The position numbers and the translations under genes are program-made. Shown here in pieces: positions 56,001 through 64,000 of a stretch of DNA of 64,000 bases. The notes beneath the pieces were generated by a model that worked only from the letters and a program-made list of their open reading frames with translations, was not told the origin of the DNA and did no database searches. Positions within the stretch are counted from its first letter, which is position 1, and every line of letters starts with the position of its first letter. Source of the DNA: Laetmonice hystrix (taxonomy: Eukaryota); assembly GCA_965235115.1 (NCBI GenBank), contig OZ249436.1:14324001-14388000 (forward strand). Reading direction: 5' to 3'.

Positions 56001-57145
56001 CTATAAGTCTAACGTTATAATACTCCAACAAGTCAGAGTCCTAGTCCTTACGTCCATACGGACTCTGACCGTCGAGTACAAATGCGCCAGCGACTGCTAC
56101 CCTGCCGGGGTTCTATCTCGGTCCTATCACGCATCATCGCCTCAAAGTCATGTTTCAGACCACTTTTGGCACGGAAACTTGCTGAGAGTACACAAAAGAG
56201 GTTACTTCAACAGATCTATACGTAAATGTATTTTGTTGCATGTTATCTTAGTAGGTGAAATTCTCAGTTTGTTTGGTCAAATACAGCGCAGCGCGGGTGA
56301 CGAGCGGTGACCCAGTTTATCGCGTCTGCGTATTTTCGACCTCTACAGTGGATCCGGAACGGACCACATAAGTAGGTCGCGCTCTGTTCAAGCAGACCAG
56401 TAGCGATCTAACTTTTATCAGTTCCCGGTCACTCGGTGCACCGCAGATGGCTTACGGACCTACGGACCCGACATGCTCGTAAACAACCGGACCGTGTGGA
56501 CGTTATATTTGTCCAATAATTATAATCAAAGTCGGAATAGAAATTTCAATACCGTGGCTCTCTATAAAAATCGATTTCATACTCCGTGGAAGAAGTTTAG
56601 TACCAAAACGAAGGCCGCAAAGTTGCGATAACGGACCTCTTCGCAGAGCGTCCATGAGTCGCTAGGCCAGCGTCACTCGACAACTAAACGGTGTTCTGGA
56701 AGACACCGTTTAGAAACTGAACTAACGTTATAAGTGATCTATACCCTACGTGTTATGGCCTTTATGCCTTTAGTTTACGAAGTAAGAGTACCCAAGACCA
56801 AGTCGAAGGTAGGACATTTTAATCTACAGCCTGGCCCTCGTACCCCTAACCTCTGCCACCCTATAATATACCCTATAGGCCTATAATCTATAGATATTCA
56901 ATACCCCGCCACCATTATCGTCGTTCAATGGCAATGGCAATGGTCGGGGGGGGGGGGAAGTCCTAAGGCTAAGACCTTACCACGTTGTTTTGGTCTGCCA
57001 CACCCAGTCCCAGAGGCTGTGACGATGAATCGTCAGTGTCAAGAGCTCGTCTAGATTCCGATTTCAAGACATATTGTAGGTCGCATGCTTCTCGTAATTG
57101 GCTGTTAAATAGAGGGCTTCTTCTTCCAGAACTGCTTGTTGCCAT
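11016..57145 (-). CDS. TRAF7: E3 ubiquitin-protein ligase TRAF7 (spliced gene, about 21 coding exons, about 718 aa)
   Basis: GT-AG exons with consistent phases: 56981-57145, 53305-53370 (tentative), 51696-51753, 50943-51028, 50428-50556, 49149-49241, 48897-48936, 48582-48756, 48333-48408, 48065-48123, 47720-47940, 47498-47571, 47328-47379, 47011-47132, 46725-46847, 46460-46576, 43276-43392, 41412-41531, 37227-37358, 11411-11530, 11016-11027. Peptides such as [36 protein letters not shown] and [20 protein letters not shown] match vertebrate TRAF7 as I recall it. Confidence 0.95.
11411..11530 (-). CDS. TRAF7: TRAF7 exon, last WD40 repeat
   Basis: [40 protein letters not shown]; phase 0-0. Confidence 0.95.
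12237..13265. mobile_element. Nested MITE cluster with a duplicated ~110-bp arm
   Basis: 12237-12345 repeated at 12405-12513 and partly inverted near 13225-13262; GC-rich TIRs ccccgctagcccc/ggggctagcggg (~12515-13210); inner gcggatcca...tggatccgc element. Confidence 0.65.
13946..18130. repeat. Large minisatellite, 41/43-bp unit, roughly 100 copies
   Basis: ccagtatcacagact(gt)gtcagtggtatcatcctgacccccac. Confidence 0.97.
18464..22775 (+). CDS. Nested antisense gene: putative secreted amidated peptide (neuropeptide-like) precursor, 91 aa; exons 18464-18530, 18927-19013, 22654-22775
   Basis: accATGG start context; donors gtaagt and gtaata; acceptors ttgcag and ttacag; both introns phase 1. Product [97 protein letters not shown] at 23509. 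Confidence 0.75.
19017..19942. mobile_element. MITE-like element rich in cattcga/gaatgc repeats
   Basis: Imperfect TIRs ccctagtcacact...cggaatcagc and gctgattccg...agtgtgacggg. Confidence 0.65.
20830..20900 (+). mobile_element. SINE conserved-core fragment (V/Meta-SINE-like)
   Basis: ggtggtttcctccgggtactccggtttcctccacca motif, which I recall as typical of these SINE superfamilies. Confidence 0.5.
24510..25620 (+). mobile_element. 5'-truncated non-LTR retrotransposon (CR1/L2-group reverse transcriptase C-terminal part)
   Basis: ORF 24486-25376 with (S)ADDT and [14 protein letters not shown]; 3' UTR ends in AATAAA and an A-tail at ~25620; inserted within another repeat (~23710-25760). Confidence 0.88.
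28345..28510. mobile_element. Short palindromic MITE
   Basis: ggccccggtttcaacaaagtggttaagtt...aacttaaccactttctttaaactggggcc. Confidence 0.65.
28951..30506 (-). CDS. Speculative small four-exon gene (125 aa) ending in a C-C-CC motif; exons 30473-30506, 30339-30402, 30098-30249, 28951-29078
   Basis: GT-AG introns with compatible phases give an open frame; no recognised homology. Confidence 0.25.
32800..32890. repeat. 11-bp tandem repeat (gtgtcatgact)n
   Basis: About 8 copies. Confidence 0.85.
33128..34300 (-). mobile_element. 5'-truncated, degenerate RNase H-encoding LINE (I/Nimb-like)
   Basis: YTDGSK, FSAEAH, IFSDSL and [20 protein letters not shown]ase H motifs; in-frame stop at 33621; frameshifted Cys/His motif (PPECCGC...KHLLLEC); (tcac)n 3' tail at ~33128-33148. 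Confidence 0.88.
35758..36290. repeat. Minisatellite, 38-bp unit, about 14 copies
   Basis: gtgcgtccccaatcaatgggaaccaatccggtctctgt. Confidence 0.95.
37003..37143. mobile_element. Short MITE
   Basis: ggggaccgtttcactaaacact...agtgttagtgaaacgagcccc. Confidence 0.6.
37227..37358 (-). CDS. TRAF7: TRAF7 exon, WD40
   Basis: [44 protein letters not shown]; cag acceptor, gtgagt donor. Confidence 0.93.
37689..40690. mobile_element. Outer TIR element hosting the foldback (TAG...CTA termini, possibly Academ-like)
   Basis: tagtccatttgccaaaa...ttttggcaaatggacta and matching gggccaccctgaagcatttctga arms. Confidence 0.7.
38048..40413. mobile_element. Foldback-type non-autonomous DNA transposon with ~0.9-kb inverted arms and AT-rich core (possibly Sola-like)
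   Basis: gggtcattcc...ggaatgaccc termini, CTTT on both flanks, arms pair over hundreds of bp. Confidence 0.85.
41412..41531 (-). CDS. TRAF7: TRAF7 exon, WD40
   Basis: [40 protein letters not shown]. Confidence 0.93.
43276..43392 (-). CDS. TRAF7: TRAF7 exon, WD40
   Basis: [39 protein letters not shown]. Confidence 0.93.
46460..46576 (-). CDS. TRAF7: TRAF7 exon, WD40
   Basis: [39 protein letters not shown]. Confidence 0.93.
46725..46847 (-). CDS. TRAF7: TRAF7 exon, WD40
   Basis: [41 protein letters not shown]. Confidence 0.93.
47011..47132 (-). CDS. TRAF7: TRAF7 exon, first WD40
   Basis: [41 protein letters not shown]. Confidence 0.95.
47328..47940 (-). CDS. TRAF7: TRAF7 coiled-coil exons (47720-47940, 47498-47571, 47328-47379)
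   Basis: [17 protein letters not shown]...[25 protein letters not shown] / [24 protein letters not shown] / [17 protein letters not shown]; phases join. Confidence 0.9.
48065..49241 (-). CDS. TRAF7: TRAF7 RING and TRAF-type zinc finger exons (49149-49241, 48897-48936, 48582-48756, 48333-48408, 48065-48123)
   Basis: [25 protein letters not shown] / HTFCKRC / SCPVDSTKL...[13 protein letters not shown] / [21 protein letters not shown] / [19 protein letters not shown]. Confidence 0.92.
49510..50408. mobile_element. Tc1/mariner-pogo-type MITE
   Basis: TA|cagtggtcccc...ggggaccactg|TA. Confidence 0.75.
50428..57145 (-). CDS. TRAF7: TRAF7 N-terminal low-complexity exons (56981-57145, 53305-53370, 51696-51753, 50943-51028, 50428-50556)
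   Basis: [14 protein letters not shown]... start exon with gtaagg donor; DYMETRFG resembles vertebrate METTFG; Ser/acidic-rich exons with compatible phases. Poorly conserved, so boundaries are less certain. Confidence 0.65.
53530..53920 (+). mobile_element. 3' fragment of an RTE-like LINE
   Basis: Reads RWLGHVWRR...[11 protein letters not shown]...TWR; (taag)n tail. Confidence 0.65.
54900..55586. mobile_element. Kolobok-like MITE
   Basis: TTAA|agggagggacaac...gttttcccttcct|TTAA. Confidence 0.6.
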
Positions 57146-57556
57146 AGTCAGCAGTCACAACTCAAGTAAGTGGGATCTCTGAAGTTGTGACAGAACTTGT
57201 GTCCTGACCAAGAGGCAAGACAGTATCGATGTCTAACAAACTCCCACTTCCTGTTCCTGTCTGTGTTTCCCGGAAGTCCTAAATGGTTCATCCGCAGCGA
57301 ACAGCTCGGGCGTCAATGATTCGTAATAAATAATAGGTTCTTGGGTCAAAGATCATAAAGTAAAGAATTATAGACCTACATAATAATCTTTGTTATCCCT
57401 TGCATAAGATAGTTGATCTACTTCACATTTGGGAAAATTCATAGTTTTAGAATCTGAACCCTTTGTCTGGCCCCGCAGAGAATTTCGATCCGGGCCGGCG
57501 GCAGCCATTAGGCTACCACGCACGTTTACTGAAAGTGCTGTTCACTGAAAGAAATT
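57146..57556. promoter_or_regulatory. Putative bidirectional promoter and 5' UTRs of TRAF7 and eIF3d
   Basis: Divergent ATGs about 410 bp apart; ETS-type motifs ACTTCCTG (~57246) and CCGGAAGT (~57269); YY1-like GGCAGCCATT (~57500). Confidence 0.6.
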
Positions 57557-60500
57557 ATGGCACATTTCAATCCCCCCGTAATTCAGGACAACCCAAATGG
57601 TTGGGGACCATCCTCCTTGCCTGAGCAATTTCAAGACATGCCATACCAACCGTTTTCGAAGGGGGATAGGCTTGGAAAGGTGAGTGAACTGCCGGAATGA
57701 ACCGCCCGACTGGGCAGTGACATCATGACATGGCGGCGGCTCGTTAGTTGTACCATACTGACATATGTCACAAACAATTATGGACACGAGTGGGTATTGT
57801 TGGTGGATCGTCTAGGTGTTATTGAAATCTATTAGCTCATCATCGTATTAATTGGTTTTAGACCTCTAACGTTAGTTTTATTTCATAGAATTAGAAATGT
57901 TTGATGATATCGCATTATCGAGATCATAACAATCAACATATGTGACCCACCATGCAAAAAGGGTGGTTCCAGGCTAGAAAATCAATTTTGGGTTAATACC
58001 AGTTTTTGCATGTAGAGGACCTATGGTTTACGTTAAAACAGGTTTTAGCAGAATATCTGCATAAATTATGTTAATGACGGAGGTCAAAGGTCAATTAATG
58101 ATCTCAGTGGCTAAGGTACAGTTTTTGCAGTGTAAGGACATGGCCAGGAGATAAGGAGGTGTTTGTGATAAATCAAACCCATCTAAGATTGTAAGTTTCA
58201 GAGTGTATCCCATTTCCAGCGTTCCGACCAAGTGACCCCATAGCCTGACCTTTACTACATAAGGTCAGAAAAGGTCAAAGTTCGCGTGAATCAGCTTTAT
58301 TCAATGAATGTAAAAGACTGGTACAGTGCATGCAGTGAACTGATCTGCCTTGAACCGACTACCCAGATCCATACCCAAGTGGATTATTATCACAACTGGA
58401 TGAACATTTGTCAGAACAATAAGCTTTGTTTATTAGCATTAAAACAACTCATCTTCATCAGCCGGTTTAGCTGCATACAGACAGACAGAACACGTTTGTC
58501 AACAAAAATAATTACTGTTAGCGCTTCCCGGCCGACACCAAAGGTCAAGGTCGTAACCATGACCGCCACCTGGTGTTTTGCCAGGAAGGGAAGGGAGGTA
58601 TTGTTATTTCATATGCAAAATCTTGGCGACCAGGCCTGAGTGAAAAAAGTGCCAGAATCGCTTAAAAAACATGTTTTTGGTCGCGTTTTCAGTGCAGACA
58701 GCTACAAAATGACGCCATTTTTAAAACCCATGTTTCTTACATTACGTCATATATGCTGGGACCGCGGAAATCGCGTGGTGGGTCACATATTAATTATTAT
58801 GAGGGCCCCCCCCCCCCCACTCAGGCATGGATTATCCCCAATCTCCCCCCCCCCCCCATCAATTATTTTCTGACGGAAACCCTTATTGTATGACTGGCAT
58901 TATTATCCTTTGCCTGTTGATTGCATTATTATCTTTGGCCTGTTCAGTGACTTTAAAATGACCTTTCACATTACCTGAACTTGGCACAGGTTCGCGGGAT
59001 TGTTGGCAAAAGATTTTCCCCTCAATTTTGAGTTTATGATTTGTACAACAAACAAGTATTTTAAAGATAAAAAGAAGTACATGTATTTAGATAAAAGGTC
59101 AAAAACAACCAAATGACATTGAAAACAATGAAAATCTGCTAAAACTGATTGTTTTATTCGAAAATGGATAAAAGCCTAATAAAATCGCTTAAAAAAATTG
59201 TGATTTTGATATTTGTAGGTGTCTGACTGGACAGGAGCGACTTACCAGGACAGGAGATATATGAGTAAGTGAACATGTGCTACATGTGTATGAGTGATCT
59301 CTTATTTTATTTTGTAAATAACCTTATATGGTATTAAAATTATTTCATTTTTCCTCGATCCATTAGATGGTCGCCTGAGGGTTGTTCATTCAGCAATGAG
59401 AATCTTCCATGGATTTCTGCCTTTTCCCCCGTAATCAAGTGTTATAATATCATATAATTAACATAAAGTTATAACATAATGACGTTTTCCATTGACATTG
59501 TTAGCCGTTCTCATTCCTGTTCATTATGTTTCAGATAAATATAATTCACAGTATGGTGGCATGGCTAGTCAGTATGCCTATTATCATGAGGAGGATGAAT
59601 CAAGCTTCCAGCTTGTGGATACTTCACGTGTCCAGAAACCCATCTACCAACGTGGCCGCATGAAGTTCAATCAGGTAACTGTAGTGTTAGTGAAAATAGA
59701 TTTTGGTTCTAGACAGCTGGTGTAGGATAGTTTTGCATCCATGTTAAAGCTACAGGCATGTCAGTGTCTCAGAGATCCGCCCAATTTCCGAGAATTGAAA
59801 TTGGCCCAAATCCAAGGAATAAAAGCCTAGCTAGGCCTAATTCAGAGCCCAAAAACATAGCAGCCAGCGCATTTTTGCTGACACCGTGCACACCTAGATA
59901 TCTTCCATCAATACCGTACCGTCCTGGGCACCCTGACCGGCCTCGGAAGGGCCGAGGAAGAGTGTCAACACGTGCTTCTGTTTACAAAGTTTCCGTGTCA
60001 GTGGAGAACTTTGCTTCCGCCAAAAAATCTACGGAGTGAATGGCGTCTATCTGCTCTGCGATTGGCTAAAAATACATGGAAATTAAGTTGATATTATTTC
60101 CTCCAATGAGAACACATCGTTTATTCTCTGCCCTATTTGTAAACACAAATGTCATGGCGCCAACTGATGCCAGTGATGGATAGTGCTTAGTGGTGCAAGC
60201 GTGTTGATCCACGGGATCCACGTATTCGTCTGGGTGTTACCCAAAATCTAAGCCAAAGGAATGGAAAAGTCTATTTGAAAAAGATCTATTTGGCCTAGTT
60301 TAGGGGACGAGAGGTGGTGTAGGTTTGATACCTAGGCTAAGCGAATCAGTCATGTGCACTGGTTGGCTGGCGGGCGTCTGGCTGACAGTGCCGGGAGAGG
60401 CGGTGTCGCTGCCTGGGGTGAGGTGTGAGTTGATCGGGGGGGGGGGGGGGGGGGGGACATTGCAAAATACACCTTGCAGATCAGACAACCCAGACCTTGC

Positions 60501-63500
60501 CATTATCAGTCTGCCCCAAGACTGGAGTAGTGCTTCAGTCCGCCCAGCCTAAGATGGTTCCAAGTGAAAGTGAAAAAAATAATTGAGGATTTAATTTGTT
60601 TTCTTCTTAATTTAAAACAATTCTCCCGGGTTGAAAACCTTCATTTTTGATGGGTTTTTTTTTCAGTGAAATGGGGGGGGGGGGGGGTTATTACAGCTGC
60701 CAACAATTTTCAGAGAATTTTGGTCTGGGCCACTGACATGCCTGAAGCTAGTAAATGCAAAAATATTGCTTCAGTTCAAAGAGAGAGTTATGAATAAGAT
60801 CAGAGGTATGATCATGAACTGGACTATGCAAGGCTTTGACCTGTAGGCAAATACGTGTATTACAAACATGCCTGTAAAATCACACCCTATCAGTAAAAAA
60901 AAAAATCTGTACTCTGGACCATTGGTATGTTTCCATTTTTCCCCTTGCCTTATATGGATGAGTCAGGCCAGCTTGTCACCAAATTTGGCTTTTCATGAGC
61001 TCCTTTTACGGTCACCTTTAACTGATATTTCTTGATGCAGAACAAACTACGTAGAGAGAGGGAGCGCAGACAGCAGGCACAGGCCAATATGCAGGTGTTG
61101 ACCAAGACTCAGAAGAGTAGAGAGAGGTAAGTGTTTGCCGGATGTACCATAGGTCAGAATAATGTGCACAGCTGTTTTGGTTGTATTGATTATTAACACC
61201 TTATGCACTTGTACAAATGTTCAGATGACATGTGATTCTAGAGCATCTATGATCAAAGTGCAAGATTAAGGAGGGTCTCTTTTGGCTACATGTCATGCCT
61301 GTTGCATGTATCCACTGCAGGGCCCCAACACAGTCTGATAGTCCTAAGATGGTCGTGATGTAGAGTTAGTTTCAGGTGTGGTGTATTCTGAGTGTATCCT
61401 TGTGGGTTTTTATTTTAAGTCCCCTAGACTGCACAGCCCAGTAATGGTGTGAAATCACAAGGCCCTGCCTTGCTAACCTGTGAACAGAATATGACCATTA
61501 AATGCCAGGAATGCGTAAGGCAAATAAGAATTTTTTTTTCCTGTAAATAACCTGTCATTTTAACTAAAACCATGTGAAGACCATAAAGGTCTTGGTAAAA
61601 CATCTTGAGGTGATGCATTCCTGGTATTTGGAAGACTTACAAGTACATTTTAGACATCACGCACATACACATCAGTGTTCAGATGACATTTGTTAATCTT
61701 GATCATACAGTGTTAAGTGCAAGAGCAATAAGGGTCTCTTTTGGCTACATGTCATTTCTAATTGCATGTATCCACTGCAGGGCTCAAACACACTTTGGCA
61801 AATTATGTAGTGACTTATCTTTTAGAAAAGGTATGTGTCAGAGGTAAGTTGGAGGTAATGCAGATTGTCATTAGTCAAGCCATCTTACGCACCTAAGGTC
61901 AACCAATGAAATGAGTTTTCTTGATGATTCAAGTTTATTTTATGACAGTCTGAATAGCTCTCTTGGAAGACTCACAAACAGTGATTTTTTACTCTCCTAG
62001 CTCCCCTTGCCTTTATAATTTATTGCTCTCCTGTTATTTTCAAAACAGAAGCATTGTTGTGCTGAATACAGTTGATGTTGCTATTTGCCTACCTAATTCA
62101 GAATTTCAACCAATGCACATACACATCACTGTTCGGATGACATTTGTAAATCTTGAACATACAGTGTAACGTGCAAGAGCAATAAGGGTCTCTTTTGGCT
62201 ACATGTCATTTCTGATTGCATGTATCCACTGCAGGGCTCAAACACACTTTGGCAAATTATACAAGTAGAGTTTTTAGAAAAGGTGTGTGTCAGATGTAAT
62301 CTGGTTCAAATCATTACTATTAATAGCAGTCTGTGAAAAGACAATTTTTGACCCAGGGTAGCCATTGTTCTTTTAGGAATTTGTTTAGTAAGATGGGTCC
62401 TGCATCCAATCGTAGTGATGCTCTAGTGTGCAAAGTGTGGTACACGCTCTGATTGCATATCAAAAGTTTCTGAATCAGGAAGTAACGCTGTATGGATTAT
62501 TCATCAACGTCTGCTAAATCAGTTGATATTAATACAATTGCAATTTACCTACCTGCAGTTCAAAATTTCAAACAATGAAGTACTTGGAAGTAATGGATTT
62601 GCTTGACTTTTTATTCAGAGACCGACAGAGGCAACTGCGCAAATGGCAGAAGCAATTTGGAAAGCAACTGCAGGATCAAAACAAGAACAGGGTATGAGGA
62701 TTTTACTTTTTTAATTATTTCACTGAGTCTTTTTGAGGTGAGAACCTTTTACTTTGGATACTGAAAGTACAATCTACAAGATCTTCTCTATCCACAGATT
62801 CAGCAGAAACACAGGGAAGCCTCTGTGCAGGTTTTGGAGACTTGGATAGCTGTGGAGGAGATGGACTTCCCTCGTCTTGCCAAGCTCACCCTACCAAATG
62901 TCGAAGAGCCAGTTGACTTGTAAGTTTGCCTGTCCTTGCTTTGAACCGCTGATTGTAAAGATTATTTTTTTGTTTTTTTGTCCTTTTTTTGAAAAACTTC
63001 TAGATTTAATTGCAATTTAAGAACAATAGGTCAAAACTTTTTTAACAGTATGTATACATCTGGCAGACAATCAATTTTAAAAGATTTTGAAAAATCAAAT
63101 TTTGAAAGCTGTGCTTATATTATAACCACAAAAAAATGGTTTGCTTGATTGCTTACAGGATGATGTGTGGATCTGTAGAGTACTATGACAAGCAATATGA
63201 TCGTGTTACAACAAAGAATGAGAAGAAATTGAAGAGAATCAATCGTGTGTTCCATAAAGTTACAACCACTGATGATCCAATAATCCGCCAGGTAGGATTT
63301 CGAAATATCTGTACCGGAATCTGGGGCCGGTTTTACTACTTTACTGAATGGGTTGCTAGGTCGAAAATAATGACCTAGCAACCATTCACTTCTATGTTAA
63401 ATTAGCGACATCGTTTAATAAGGACCTTTAGTAAAACCTGCCCCTGTACAAGAAGCCACAAATTGAAATGGAAGCAATTTAAAGATACTTTACCCTAATC

Positions 63501-64000
63501 CTGAATACCTTGGTTGGCTTAGAAATAATCAAACATATGACAGTCAGTAAAGAAATCATGAATAAATTCTGGCTTATTTCCAGTTGGCAAAAACACAGGG
63601 TAATGTGTTTGCTACAGATGCCATTATATCAACTCTGATGTGCTGCTGCCGGTCTTCCTACTCCTGGGATGTAGTTGTTCAGAGAGTTGGGAACAAACTC
63701 TTCTTTGACAAGCGAGATGACTCAGAATTTGGTAACTATGAGTGCTTTTTATTGATTTCATTCCGTTCACTGTATTCTTGAAGTGGTTAAGAATGCATAA
63801 GAGTTCTGATAAACCTTTCATTCGCTGTCAACATACAGAAATTGCTCAAACAGAGGAAGAATGCTGTACTAGCAATGCGAGTGTCTTAATAATGTTTTGA
63901 CCTTCCCTAGATCTGCTGACTGTGAGTGAGACTGCGACTGACCCCCCACAGGATGAAGGCAACAGTATAAATTCACCGCGCAACCTTGCCTTGGAAGCCA
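57557..64000 (+). CDS. EIF3D: Eukaryotic translation initiation factor 3 subunit D (5' part; continues beyond window)
   Basis: Exons 57557-57679, 59219-59264, 59535-59674, 61041-61126, 62619-62691, 62798-62919, 63159-63291, 63584-63731, 63911->64000. Peptides [18 protein letters not shown]...[91 protein letters not shown]. Confidence 0.97.
57938..58790. mobile_element. MITE in eIF3d intron 1
   Basis: atatgtgacccacca...tggtgggtcacatat inverted termini. Confidence 0.7.
59753..60744. mobile_element. MITE in eIF3d intron 3
   Basis: caggcatgtcagtg...cactgacatgcctg termini; aagcta on both flanks. Confidence 0.7.
61203..61333 (+). ncRNA. Intronic box H/ACA snoRNA candidate, copy 1
   Basis: 5' hairpin closed by tgcactt/aagtgca, H box AGATTA, 3' hairpin with tacatg/catgta upper stem, terminal ACA; in eIF3d intron 4. 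Confidence 0.7.
61660..61793 (+). ncRNA. Intronic box H/ACA snoRNA candidate, copy 2
   Basis: Paralog of copy 1; H box AGAGCA, ACA tail, about 134 nt. Confidence 0.7.
62114..62247 (+). ncRNA. Intronic box H/ACA snoRNA candidate, copy 3
   Basis: tgcac/gtgca closing stem, H box AGAGCA, 3' pocket CUUUU...ACUGCA starting 14 nt from ACA. Confidence 0.72.

Noticed and set aside
62405..62456. C/D-box-like GTGATG...CTGA with terminal stem in eIF3d intron 4
   Set aside because: About 50 nt is too short and the C box is imperfect.

Overview
Intron-rich animal genomic DNA, apparently from an invertebrate bilaterian (inferred from gene divergence and repeat types). Two conserved genes lie head to head about 410 bp apart. 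TRAF7 is on the minus strand with about 21 coding exons from 57145 down to 11016 (RING, TRAF-type zinc finger, coiled coil, 7 WD40). eIF3d is on the plus strand from 57557 and runs off the window end. One TRAF7 intron (11531-37226) is about 25.7 kb. It contains a three-coding-exon antisense gene that I assembled by hand (18464-22775, 91 aa) with the layout of an amidated neuropeptide or peptide-hormone precursor: signal peptide, propeptide, RLVRR cleavage site, 25-residue peptide, G-RRRK-stop. The same intron holds a weaker candidate for a second small Cys-containing gene. eIF3d intron 4 holds three paralogous H/ACA snoRNA-like RNAs whose 3' pocket matches a conserved 18S rRNA site. The rest is minisatellites, a tandem array carrying a duplicated TIR element, nested foldback and MITE elements, and truncated LINEs. 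Most ORF-track entries are spurious. All gene models were derived by eye from splice signals and recalled homology; no searches were run.
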